Assembly: GCA_002189035.1 (NCBI GenBank) | Contig: CM007990.1 | Coordinates: 1,178,001 to 1,242,000, forward strand | Direction of reading: 5' to 3' | Origin: Utricularia gibba | Lineage: Eukaryota; Plantae; Magnoliophyta | DNA: 64,000 bases | Shown here: positions 35,998-48,892 of the stretch, piece by piece | Layout of the letters: the number at the start of each line of letters is the position of its first letter | How positions within the stretch are numbered: the stretch's first letter is position 1 | The notes under the pieces: generated by a model | Databases searched by the model: none | Told to the model about the DNA's origin: nothing | What the model saw: only the letters and a program-made list of their open reading frames with translations | Program-made: the position numbers and the translations under genes

Positions 35998-37316
35998 CCG
36001 GATCGACGTTGAATCAACAAAATCAGCGCTGACGACGGGGGGCTGCTGGATCAAGGAATGTGGGGCAAAAGTCCACCGATGAGGACAATGACGTGGACGG
36101 CGACCCAGCAATTCCCTCGAATGAGGAAGCGGTTACCCACCGCCCTGAGAATGGCTCCAGGGACATGTGAATTGTTGTGCAACAAAAGTTAAGCAAGTGC
36201 ATGATTCCAGGAACACAGAGAATCATTCAACTGACAATAACATCATCGACGCGTGAAGACCACGTCTATTGGGCTCCCAAAAGCCCATTAACGTGCCTGA
36301 ACCAGGCCTACAACATGGGCTGGGATGAATAAATTGCTCCAATGAGCCCAATCACCTCTTCGGGATCAATAAATTTCAACAAGTTTATAAATAGAAAATG
36401 AAAAATTATTTTATTCCATCTTGATTTATTCAATGTAACGACATATTTTATTCTTGTATGATATTTTTACTTTCGAACATTCAAGCCTCATGATTTTTCA
36501 TTCTTTTTTTTTCCAAAAATAACGATCTCACAAAATTAGAAAAAATTCATTTATATAAAATATTCTTGCATCACATCTATAACTAATGTGGTATTCTCTA
36601 GTAACCTTTCACTTTTCCTTGGACTAGATCCTTAACTCCATCAAAATAATCTTTTTTCTATAATTTAGATCAAAATCACTTTGAAAAATCATAAACTATA
36701 TTTTACTTCTAAAATATTAAAAGTACTTAAAAACATAGAAAAATATAAATACAACATATATAAAATGATTTTAAAAAGTTATTAAAAATCATAAATATCA
36801 TTGATAGAAAATCAATTATCATATAGTTAAATACAAATCAATTTTCTACACGAATTTAGATAACCCAATCATATAACATTAAATTTTAATTTATGTTAAA
36901 TAATATATGATAATATTTGATTTTATGATAAATATTATTTAACATTGCAAATTAGCTATAAATATATTTTTTAGTTATTCATTATTTCATGGTAAGATAC
37001 AAATTCATGTTCTAGATGAATTTAGTTAATACTATGATGTGAAAATATAATATTATCCCTCCAACTATAAATTTTATTCTCTTTTTTAATAAACAAATTC
37101 AATGCTAGCATTTAATATTTAATAAAAAAAGTTTCTTATTGATTAATAAAATTTTAGAAACTATGCATTAAAATAAAATACCCAACACATCATAAAAATT
37201 ACATTTGATTTTAATTAAATCATATTTTAAGAATCACACATTAAACTATCTTACCTACCAAACATGCTCTTATCTTTTCAACTACGTATGAAATGCAAAT
37301 TGTAACCAAATTCAAA

Positions 37317-38982
37317 TTAAATTGCACCGAGAAATTCCTTCAACTCGGGATCCTGTGCCAATTTCTCCATATCACGTGCCGTCAAATTGATCCACGCTTC
37401 GATCCCGTCGCCGTCATGTGCGTCCATGAACGTGACCAAATTCTTGTACTTCAACCGGGCCGCCCCGATCCGAACCGGTTTGCCCCACCCGAAATCCGTT
37501 TCCCGAACCGGCATCCTGCACAAGCTCGTGAAGCTACACGAAACCATCTCCCCTCTCTGAGCCATCCCCATTCTGTCCTTCAGTGCCTTCACATGGCCGC
37601 CGCCGTTTCGGAGATCGGAGAGGTATTCGTTGTTAATCGCTTTGATCGAGTGCCGAATCGTCGGCAGGATCTCGTTGATTTCTCCGGCTTTCCCCGCCGC
37701 CGGTACGGCGATCGCCGCCCTGCTTAAGTTCCCGAAGTGATTCTCCGCTATAGGCGGGTCGAATCGGGTTCTCAGGTTCACAGCTTGGACAATTGTGTAG
37801 AGTTTTGTCGGGCCGGGTTTGGATTCGGTGGCGGATAAGAGGCGGGTCCAGATATAGCAGGATAGGGCTTCGACTCGAGAAGGGCGTCGTGGGGGAGGAT
37901 CGGCCCCGGTTCCGGTGACGGCAGCCCAGTATTCTTCTTGAAGGGCGGCGATTTGGGAGGCGGGGAACGTGAATATCTTGGAGACGAGCTCTTCTTTTAC
38001 GATACCAATACGAGGGTCAAATCCGAAGGCGCCTCGGGGTGGGAAAAGTGCCGCGGAGTCGAACTTCGGGCGGCGGAGGTCCTTCACAAAGCCGCCGCCA
38101 CGGGCGACGGCGGCCCAACTGTTGGTGAAGGAGAAGAAGGACACCGCGTCGGCAATCTTGTGGGACATCAGAATCCCAACTGAAATTCCACCGCCTTGAA
38201 AGTACGTAACCTGCATGTTACAGTGGTAAATAATTAATTTTAATAAAAGAATAATCAATTTTATTCCATAGACTTTTGACCTTGGTTTACCAAAATCATT
38301 TTGACCATCAATTTCTAATAATAAATTTAAAAATTAATTAAAAATCATAAAAAACATTCACATTCAAATATCTAACCCTCAAGTTTTTACGTTTTAACTG
38401 ATATGAAATTTACCTAAGTTTCTTACATCATTTCTTTGGCCAGTTACACAAATGATTCCATCACGATTGAAATATTTATGTCTTTTTTTGTAAAATAACA
38501 AAAAAATAAAGTGATTAATTCAAAAAAGAATTGCTGTAATGAAATATTATGAAACAAAGAAGACTTGCTGTAATAACCTGAACAGCCATGGCGAAGTCAT
38601 GAGGCTCGTCGAGCTCAAACGGGAGCAACTTGTTCATGTTTTCAGGGACCAGACCGGCGACGACGTCATCTACAGAAGCGTTCGCTTTGGCCTCGAAAAA
38701 CGGCACGCCGTCGTCGCTACAGTCCAAGTACCCGCCGCCGACGAATCGGCCGGCGAGAGGGTAGTACAGGGATAAGGTTTCCGACAGGGACTTCTTGAGA
38801 TGGATTGACCTATCCTCGCCGGAGACGAAACCCTCGTCGTTCCGGTAGAAGTAGACCATGGGCATGAATATGTGGGGGGAAACTTGGTCGAGAAAGGAGA
38901 GGAGATACTTCCGGCGAGGCCCCGGCGTCGAGCGCGACGGCTTGATCAACTCCAAGGAGATGAGCTGGATCTTGAGCTCCAT
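37317..38982 (-). CDS. BAHD acyltransferase (clade III, vinorine-synthase/alcohol acetyltransferase-like), 2 exons (38982-38578, 38210-37317)
   Basis: HXXXD motif (HKIAD), DFGWG, LKKSLSETLSLYYPLAGR, and the conserved Q|V intron position. Confidence 0.95.
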
Positions 38983-39914
38983 TCTTCTCCGGCAGCTCTG
39001 AGCTGGTTTCTTCCTTAGTGTGAAGAAGCTGGCGCTTCAGCCTCCCTAATTTATACACACAGCCTTGCCGCAATTTCTTTTATCAGTTATTTTATTATTC
39101 ACACGGTTTGATTTTCTTAATTTTTTTAATCCTGTATTTATTATATTTAATACTTTTTTTTGTCTAAATCACAGGGGCATTTATGTCCAATTTTGATGGA
39201 ATGTTATCCACAAATAGAGTCAATGACGTTTTTTGAATAGTGTAAAGTTGGTTTCATATATTTTGCGTTATTTAGGATCGAAGAAACGTAATACGCTTTC
39301 AAATAATTTGAATATTGATCATTGGAATTACTAAAAAAGGTATAATTTATGAGTTATCACTAATTACAGATGAGAAATAATTTGATGATTTAAATTAATA
39401 GAAACGAATAATTTGCGTATTAAATATTAACAATAATTATATAATGCTAAATAGTTTAAGTATTTATAATTTTTTTAAGTCAAAAAATAAAAAAATAGTA
39501 CCATTTCAATGTGTGAATAGGGTTTAGATAGTATTTGACAGTCATTTTAATAGATTTTTAATTTTAATAAAAATATTTTTTAATTAATTTTATATACAAT
39601 AAGTCAAATCTGACCCTAAATAAAAAAACCCTAAACAACTAATCCGTTTATTTATGATTTATTAATCAATAAGCATAGTATTTATCATATAACCACTTGT
39701 TCTATATGTTATGTTTGTAATTACCAGTTTTTGACCGAATTGGTTGAGCATCAATTCAATTAGACCACTGAGTTTTATTTTTTCAAATTTACAGTTGTCG
39801 AGAGCTTATCCTTACCATCTATATTCATCTTTTATGGTATTATTCAATTCAAATATTTTACTTATAATTTTACGTTTTTTTTTCGAATAAAATGATGGTA
39901 CATACGTAAAAACG

Positions 39915-39935
39915 AAACCCTAAACCCTAAACCCT
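39915..39935. repeat. Three tandem plant telomere units (AAACCCT)3 / telo-box cluster
   Basis: AAACCCTAAACCCTAAACCCT read directly; one further telo-box near 39625. Confidence 0.85.
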
Positions 39936-40356
39936 AAAACAAAATCCTGAACCTTACACTATTGTTAGTACGAGTAGAATTGAAGGTGACCTATCACACC
40001 CAAAGCGATGGATGTGTAAATTTAAATGGATGTATGATTGGCTTTAAAATCATGGTGTGAATGCAATACCATCATGTGTGAACCATCCATCTCAGACAAA
40101 TAAGATATTATATTTATAAAAAAAGGTCGTAATTATTTGCTGGTGGGGCCCATTGCGGGTCCCCATTAATTTACAATTTTCTGGTGTAATTTTCCTGCAT
40201 TCCTACGCTTTAGTCGTTCTAATTCCACGTTACAGCTGCTATACGCTTCGAGTGTTGAAAGTCAACCAATCTAGTTTGGTGTAACCGCAAAGTCAACAGC
40301 AGCATAGTTGGTCTTCGGACAAGTTGTGTTACTATGGATTATGTGATATGTAATTT

Positions 40357-40594
40357 AAACATTGTTTTGAAAAAAATTTTAAACTTGTTTTTACTTTTTA
40401 AAATTATTTTTAAAAAGTATAAATAAATAGTAAAAATAACAAATTCATTACTTTTTCGAAAATAAATTTTATACTTATAATTTTAAAAGTATTTTTGCTA
40501 AAAGTATTTTTACAATTAAAAGTATTACAAAATAAAATTATTTTTACTTTTGAAAAATATAAATATATTTTAAAAATTTTCCAGAACACTGTTT
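40357..40594. mobile_element. Putative degenerate AT-rich MITE-like foldback element
   Basis: AAACATTGTTTTGAAAAA (40357) versus TTTTCCAGAACACTGTTT (40577-40594) form a 15/18 inverted match; TSD unclear. Confidence 0.35.
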
Positions 40595-41666
40595 TATATT
40601 TCTCGCATCTTAGTTCCACTTGTATTCATACACATTGTTAATCATTTGCAATCTTTTATTTTGTATTTGTAACGTACATTTGCATTTATATATATTATTT
40701 AAAAATGAATGAAAATCTGAAGAACATTGAAAAAAATGTTCAAGAAAATAGTTAAAAATGAATGGTTTTTTAGTATTGTAAATAGTAAATATTTGTAAAA
40801 ATTCTGAAATATCTGCAAGTGTTTTGAAAAAAAAATATTGAATCTTTCGATGATATTTAATTAATAATAAAAGAATACATTGGAATCTAGAAGTCAAACC
40901 TGCGTTATCCTCTCCAGAAAAGCCGTGGGTTAACTGGACATCGACAGCTCATTCATTACACGTAGTCCGATGTCGGCTGAAACTACTAGAAAAGAAATAT
41001 TAATTTTGAAAATAATAAAAAACAGTTCTATTTATTTACAATTTAATTTAAATATTCTAAAAAGACGCGCGTTTATTGTCAAAATTCCTCAAACGCGGGA
41101 TGGTAAATCTAGAACTAAAGTTGCGTCTGATATTCTTTATCATAAAAGTATTTTCCGATAATTATTTGTAAAAAACATATCCTATTAAAAATAATATTTT
41201 TTTTAAAATAAAAATCATCATATTGAATAATAGAAAATATTTTTAAAATTACTCTCAAGAAATAGAATTTATTTCAAAGAGGATATAAAAACTTATTATC
41301 ATAAAAAAAACATTAACATCTGGTTTTTGTTATACCCATTTTTAAAATTTGATGAAATATTAAAGCAATTTACCATTTTACCCTCAAATTTACTTTAATT
41401 TGTAATCATATATTTTAACATGAAAACACAATATATGAATTAAATTTGAAATACATTTATTAGATTAAAAAATAATATAAAATTTTGACACCCTGAAGCA
41501 TGATCTCCATGATCAATAAGAAAAAGCACCATGGAGTAGAAGAATGCAGTTACAGATCATCAAAAGTACACATTTCTCAAGCCACTACCAGACCCAAGTT
41601 AAGCATTCATGAGATGGAATGAATCATCACCAGGAGATCAAGAACTCAGAAATGTGAATCACAAGA

Positions 41667-44112
41667 TCAATACTCAGATGGGGAGATAACATCATCGATC
41701 TTGAGAATCATCTTCACTACCTGAGTTGCTAGCAGAATCTGCTGCTGTTTGCCGATCAGTGTTTCGAAAACGTTTTGCTCGCGCATGTCGTTCGTGCCGA
41801 TGTCGTTGCAGTCGATGCCGCAGCAGTTGTTTTTCTCCTGCAAGAAAGAGTTTAGCAGACCATACACAAGTGATTTGGAGGAGGCATCAGGGGGCTGCTA
41901 AAGAACCTTGATTTGCTGAGCTTTGACAGCAGAGAGTGTTTCGATCGGCTGCAGGCCGCTGTTCTCTGCAAGAGCCATGGGGATGGCATCCAGAGCTTCT
42001 CCGAATGCTCTGATTGCATACTGGGAAAGAAAGCCAGCACTCAGGTTTATGTTTTGGGTGTAATGAAACCATTTTGTACAGAATAATGGGATGCTTTTAC
42101 CTGCTCAACTCCGGGATACTTATCAGCAGCGGCTTCTACTGCAACCGAGCAAGAGATTTCGGCTGAGCCCCCACCGTATACAATGGAGTTGTTGCGGATA
42201 AGGTTCCGGGCAACACACAAAGCATCATGAATGCTGCGCTTTGTTTCCTCTATCATCATTTTGTTACCTTAAAAAGTTTGCCATTTGATGCATTTAGTGA
42301 AGCTGAGGCCTTTAGCTCAGGGACCAATTAAAAGCAGGAAGAACCAAAAACACCTACCACCACGTATGAATATGGTGACAGCCCTTGAATTTGCACAATG
42401 CTCAATGTAGATCATTCTGTCCTTTGTAGTTCCGAAACTTTTTTCTCGAACAAGACCAGCCTGGAATTTCAATGCATGTGAAATTACACTATCAGGAGTT
42501 GAAGCTGAGTATCGGTGGAAAAGGTGGTGCAACTTACGCTGCCAAGTTTCTCTGGGGTCAACTCCTGAAACCTCGGTACAATTCTCCCACCTTTAATAAG
42601 ATAGATAGAAGATCAAAGAAGCGCAGTACTCAAAAGCTCAAAAAGAAATGCAGCAGAAAAGGATTGACAAACAAATTGGCAAGTATAAACCTGTTGCTAT
42701 TGCTATAAGCTCTAACTCTACACCTCCAACCCATCTAACAGCAGGCAAGCTTCTGTTCATCAATAAGTGGTTGGCCTCATCATCGAAACCCCATTGGCAG
42801 ATAACCAAAGTAGCTCCCACATCCTGAGATCAAGTGAAGTGGTTGCGTTACGATAAAATAAGACATAATAACGGACATTCTATTGAACAACATAGTGAGC
42901 CTCACTTGCAAAAATACAGAGATTAAAAACAGAGTAAGGATAGTAGAAAATACAGAGGACCAACCTTGCATTTTTGGACCATGTCATCAAAGTATTGCTG
43001 TTCTTGCTGACGCAGCTTCTGGAACTTTTCCACTGTGTCAATGTCAACCTTATGCTTAGTCTTGGGCTTTGGGGGTTCAAATGGGCAAGTTAATATGGCA
43101 ATTTTTGCATCTTCGATATGCTTCGGCATCTGAGGATGGCTCATATCCTTGTCGATGATAATCCCATAGATCAGTTCTGTATCCTCAAGCTTTCCCCCAA
43201 CTTTTCCCTCTACTTTAATCAAGTCTAAATTAACATCCCTCCTTTCTAAGTCGGCAACAGCCAGCACTGCTTTAACCGCAATCTCTGCCAGGCTGCGCTT
43301 GCATCTATTCACACTGCAAAAAAGAAAGAACAATTGTGAATACAACTTGTAAATTTAACAATCCGCAAATAAAATAAAAAAAAACTTCTTACATCTTGGA
43401 AGATAATGTAGTCATACAAGTGCGAATCAAAGACTCATAATTTTCAGCATCGAATTCAAATTTATGTGCTATTTTTTCCAAATGATCAACCGCAATCCTA
43501 GAACCCATTTCATATCCTTCTGCAATGCGAATGGGATGAATCCCACGCTCCAGCAGTTTCTCAGCTTGTTCAAGAAGCGCACCCGCCATAACCACAACGC
43601 CAGTTGTTCCATCACCGATTTCATAATCCTGACTCCGTGACAATTCAACCATAAGCTTAGCAATCTGGTTGTCAACATCCATCTGCTCCAGGATAGTCGC
43701 ACCATCATTCGCTGAAAGCAGAGAAAGAACAATAAAAAAAGCATACACATGCCAAACCAAAAAGCAAAATATCACATAACCCAACTCGGTTCCTACCACC
43801 GCATCATAAAAAAAAAAAAGAGACTCATAGAAAGCATCCTAAGTCACGACAATACACGAGAGAATAAATGACACGAAAGCATATAATGAAGTAAACTCTA
43901 CTCGGGGGCTTACTTATGGTGACATCCCCATCTGGGCTTTGGAGCATTTTATCCATTCCTTTCGGTCCGAGAGAAGTCCGGAGAATCCGAGCCACCGCTT
44001 TACCGGCGGCAATATTCGCCTTTTGAGCATCAATTCCACGCAGTCTCGTCTTCGTCTCCTGCTCCCTGAGTATAATGTAAGGACGACCGAAATCGTCGAA
44101 TGCTAACGCCAT
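41667..44112 (-). CDS. CCT5: T-complex protein 1 subunit epsilon (cytosolic chaperonin), multi-exon
   Basis: [69 protein letters not shown]. Confidence 0.97.
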
Positions 44113-44936
44113 ATCTCTGCACAACAAGACCTCGAGATTCGGCCTCCCTGCTTAACCTCAGAGAGATGGAAAGGGAAGCGAGTTTGAACGATTTCAAGGC
44201 TTCTACGAGAATGCCCTACTGGCTAGCGTCACCAGATGCGGCGTCGTTTTATCACGGCCCACCCTTTCGATGGGCTCCTTTTGACCAATAATTGGCCATG
44301 CCCGTCCGGCCCACTATCATAATTTCTTTTTACGAAAAGGCCTATATTTTATGTGTATAATATTAATAATTTTATAATTTATGTAAGAAACGTAGGGACA
44401 CGGGCATCGGTGTCTAGACACCCGTATCAGAATTGCTTTTGAAATTTATGTTTTTCAAAATTATCTTTATAAATTCAATATAATAATCTTTCATTCAAAA
44501 TACCAGAAAAAATGGAATCATGTAAATAAAAATAATTTATTAATTAATAAAAAAAACACATAGTGGACGTGTACGAAATTTTCGATTTTATATCAATTAT
44601 ATTATAAGAAAATGGTTCATAATAATTAAAAAATATATAAATAAGATAATTAGGGCTGGCCTCTGAAACTCGTATATATTATATTTATGCCGGAAATTTC
44701 TGCGCTGCTGAGTCACAGACACGAGACACGGATCGCCGACCCATGGCTGGTGCCTGAATCCAATCGCTCCTTGGCATCGGAGGAGTAGAAAATATGAACT
44801 GTCTTTTCGGCTTCGATGTGCTGTCCAGAATGCGAATAAATGCGGAGACTCGGCGTTCGATTCTATCTCCTCCTCCAGGTCTCTGCATCCCCCACGCGAA
44901 TCGGAGTTAACGGCCACCGCCACCGCCGTTGAGAAG

Positions 44937-45548
44937 ATGGTGGTTTTCGCCACAAAATTGATGTGTCTGCCTTCTCCTATACGCTTGCCCCCGAAAGTTA
45001 TTGTACCCAATTCCTCATCTCCGATTTCGGTCCGTCTCCCCAGTCAAAACCCACCACGGATTCCGCCTTGCCGCTTCACTGTAACCGAATTCCCGGCCGT
45101 GGCGAAGCCCCCAACCGTGGCGGAGAAATTGAAAACCCTGAATTGTGAATTCAGATCGTTACCAGAGCCAATCGAGAGGGTGAAACGATTGCTGCAGTAC
45201 GCTGCCCTTCTCCCCCAGTTCGACGACTCGTTGAGGAAAAAGGATCTCAGAGTGATGGGCTGCACGATGGGGGTTTGGTTGGACGTGAAATTGGAAGGCG
45301 ATCGGGTTGTGAGATTCAAAATGGATACCGATTCCGAGATCACGAAAGGGTTCTGCTACTGCTTGCTGTGGTTGCTCGACGGGGCGAAAGTGGAGGAAGT
45401 GCTGAGCGTGACAACCGATGATCTGATGGAAATCAACGTCGGGTTGTCGCCGATCAGAGGGAATTCACGGCTCAACACTTGGAGCAATGTGTTGTTCACC
45501 TTGCAGAGAAGAACAGAGTCGCTAGCAAAGCAAAGCCAGTTTCTTTAA
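44937..45548 (+). CDS. SUFE2: Plastid SufE-like Fe-S cluster assembly protein without BolA/NadA domains, intronless
   Basis: Transit-peptide-like N-terminus, then EFRSLPEPIERVKRLL, RVMGCT (active Cys), DSEITKGF, SRLNTWSNVL. Confidence 0.88.
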   Translation: MVVFATKLMCLPSPIRLPPKVIVPNSSSPISVRLPSQNPPRIPPCRFTVTEFPAVAKPPTVAEKLKTLNCEFRSLPEPIERVKRLLQYAALLPQFDDSLRKKDLRVMGCTMGVWLDVKLEGDRVVRFKMDTDSEITKGFCYCLLWLLDGAKVEEVLSVTTDDLMEINVGLSPIRGNSRLNTWSNVLFTLQRRTESLAKQSQFL

Positions 45549-45754
45549 ACAGAGAGACTGCTTCAAGTGCATGTAGGAACTTTAGTGTAGCCTGGGTTTT
45601 CAAATAAAGTGAAGAACTGTAGTGGTTTAGATTTACATGTGTACCTCCAGTGGAGCAATTATTGCAGTATCGATGTTTTGGGTGCATCCAGGATGATTCA
45701 CAAAGACACAGAGAACAGGCAAGACAACCTTGTGTTGTCTGATATGATCTCCGG

Positions 45755-45982
45755 CTAGGTGCCCTTGGCCGGTGATTCCTCTCCGCCGGATGGAGCCTCT
45801 GGTGTGGTACTCTTCGACCTCGTCCTGTGAAGCCTACATCGGAAGGAGCCAACATGGGTGGTAGGAGAACAGAGACAGTTATGTTTTGGAGCTCTTCCCT
45901 GCCTTGGAGGTCCGCTACCAGCAGCAGCAGGAGGGGGAATTTCAACCTTCACTTGTTTGGTAACCATGGCTTCAGTCCCCAT
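45755..45982 (-). CDS. Small uncharacterised plant protein with CLCSPTTHxGSFRCRLHR motif (At1g67910-like), 75 aa
   Basis: Translation MGTEAMVTKQ...NCLCSPTTHVGSFRCRLHR carries the conserved family motif. Confidence 0.85.
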   Translation of the reverse strand: MGTEAMVTKQVKVEIPPPAAAGSGPPRQGRAPKHNCLCSPTTHVGSFRCRLHRTRSKSTTPEAPSGGEESPAKGT

Positions 45983-47223
45983 CACTGGCAAAAATGAAAA
46001 GCAACAGGATGAAAACAGGGAACTATTGTGCAGGAAAACAGGGAAGAGTTGTGATGGCTGGGAATTAAAAATTTGCGATTTTGGTTGAAAGAAGATAAGA
46101 TAGAGATACCCTGAGGCATTATCTTGATTCATCATCCCCTCCACAGTGATCTGAAAAAAAAGCCACAAGATACCAAGTATGTCATTATCGAATCATAAAG
46201 CCATGCCCCATCATAATACTTCTTCTACTTCGAACAATGAATCCAAAAATCACATATTTCGTGGACGAGGATGAAGAGGAAACGATGGCGCAGCATCTTC
46301 TATCCAAGAGTGACAGTCAGCCTTCTGCCTTCTCTTAACATGATCCAGTTTCCTAATGGTTAAATCACTCAGTTTTATCTGCACATCGAAAAGAACTACA
46401 CGAATGACAACACAACATGGGAATCTTCTTCTTTGAGGTTCTTTTCTAAAGACCATGTTGTACTCACATGCACACACGAAGGTGGTCCCAGATTTCATCC
46501 ATGATGTCACCTTGCCTGGAGACTGGGGTCAGGTCTCAATGCTGCAAGGGCGAAATTATTAGCAGAAATCTAGCATCTAACACGTTGGCCATCTGATGGG
46601 GGACAAAGGAATAGAAATATAGAATAACATCCGAATGCGGAGGAAGAGGTGAACCTGGGACAGTTGCAGCAGAGCCCTTAAGCTTCAGATACCCTCCGAT
46701 AATCACTGCCTCCTCTCCAGCTTCCTTCCCTCGCCTCCATTGTACCTTCAAAGATTGTGTTCATCAATCCAACCCATAAATTCGCCAAATTTTGTCTCCT
46801 GGACTAGGAATCGGTCTACGATCCGGCGGCGCGAACTCCAACATTGCCGCCCCGGCGCCATTTCTGTGCTTTTAATCCTGCGTAACCGTGGATCACGGTA
46901 TTCAACAGAAATGGGGATCATGATCATTTGTGACCGTTCGCACGTGGTTGATCACTATCATATACTTCCCACCGTGGGGAGGTATGTGTTTTGCCCATCA
47001 TCTTCCTCCGCCTCGGAGGAAGACTACAACTCGTCGGAATGGGAGCCCGGAGTGGAGGAGGTACCTGGGGCGGACTCGATCCGGATTCCAATGGGACTCC
47101 ATGAGTGAATTTTATGCAACGTGTTATATTGGAGTCTTGGGTTGGAAAATTGGATATATTTAATGAAGATACACATGGGATTTGAAGCCGAGACCTGGCA
47201 CATCCGGCACAAACAAGGAGATG

Positions 47224-48705
47224 CTACTGAGTGGCTACCAAATTTCCCATTAGCCCAGAAGCAATTTCGTAGTGCTTTGCGACTGAGAAGCCAGCTTCCA
47301 GGGCTAGCTTCTCCAACTCATCCCCTGCATCATATGCGAAGTGAAAATCTGTTCCAAAAGTAGAAGAAAACACTGTCTGGTTGGGAGTAGTTTACCAGTC
47401 TTGTAATTCCTGATTGAGCTCTTCAAGTAGTGATACTCCCCTGCTAGGCCATACGTGCTTGCCACTGGAACAACAACGTTATCGATCATCCACTCCTGCA
47501 AAACAGACGGATAGGAAAATAGGGGTAGTAACTTTCAATACTATAGGCAGAAACACCAAGCCAAACACATTGAAAGTTTATGAGTTACAAATTGGCATAC
47601 AGGAATGGCAAACCTGTATAGAAGCGGTTAAAGGGTCGTTGCTTTTGTTGAAGTCCAGAATGGAAACTTTTGAACGAGGTTTTAGCACTCTGTGCATCTC
47701 CTCGAGAGCTTTCCTCCGATTAACTATGTTTCTTAATCCATAACCAATGGTCGCTGCATCGAAAAAGAACTTGGGGAATGGCAAATCAGTTGCATCTCCT
47801 TCAATCCATCTATTCAAGTATGCATCATAACATGAGACATCTATACCCGGGTAACAGTTTAAACGAAATTCAATCATCTCAAGGAAATTTGCTTTCTAAT
47901 GTAAATGATGATTCACAATAAACATTCTTACTCAATGTTCTTATAGCATGGTTTTGTTCGATCGTGTTGGCGTATGGCCGCAAGGTTCAGGAGCTCCTTT
48001 GAGAAATCCAGGCCAAACACCTATCCCACAGACAAACAAGTGCAAATGAAAAGAAAAAAAAAACAATACCAATCTTTAAGGCAAACATCTTCACATAATA
48101 CACCACCATATTGCGAATTGTTGAACAGTATCAGTAATAGCACACACCTTGCCCCGGATGCCAACTTTCTCTGATAGCAGAAATGTCAAATCCCCACTTC
48201 CACAGCACACATCCAGCACTGTGTCCCCTCTTTAGCCCTGTCCAAAGGATTCAATTACTTGCACTTCTTAGAACAATTACTGCAATACAAAAACTCTTTT
48301 ACCACATTATGATGAAGCTCATTACAAATTCCTAAACAACTAATATTCAATCAAGATAACTAACAGGAGACAAAACTGAGGTTACCCACTCCACGAGACA
48401 CTCATCCTCTTCCATATCCTATGGCCACCCAAGCTCAATATGTCATTCAACTGAAGCAACAAAAAAACACAAACAGCATCGAATCACAGATACTCGAAAA
48501 GCGATACATCATCGCGAAACAGTTCCGGAAACGAAGCATTCGAGAAATTCAAAACGCTCACATTATCGTAAACTGGAGCAATGCGATCAAAAATTTGTTG
48601 GCGTTCAGACGTGCACCTCACAACCGGTCGCCATCTGAAATCCGGCGCCGGGAAACACCCCCGCCTTGCGGGTGAGGCAGTTAAAGATAACTGGAGTATC
48701 GCCAT
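47224..48705 (-). CDS. MENG: 2-phytyl-1,4-naphthoquinone methyltransferase (phylloquinone synthesis), multi-exon
   Basis: Transit peptide, FDRIAPVYDN, VLDVCCGSGD (SAM motif), WIEGDATDLPF, IGYGLRN, YLKSSI, GLMGNLVATQ*. Confidence 0.94.
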
Positions 48706-48892
48706 TGTGAATGCACTCCTGCCGAAATCGGAACACGTTTAACCGCTTCTCGAAACTTAATGGGCCGGCCCGTTTAAGAAACTCAGACCCAAGTGAAAAG
48801 CCTAATAATAGTATAAGAAGAATTCTGTTGTTATCTGATAGGCCCAATAAACTAAAAAGGAAAGGCCCATGATATATGAATGAGGCCCGGTA
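48706..48892. promoter_or_regulatory. 187-bp bidirectional promoter (MENG / PPR) with site II elements
   Basis: Divergent ATGs at 48705 and 48893; TGGGCC at 48761, GGCCCA at 48841 and 48864. Confidence 0.7.
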
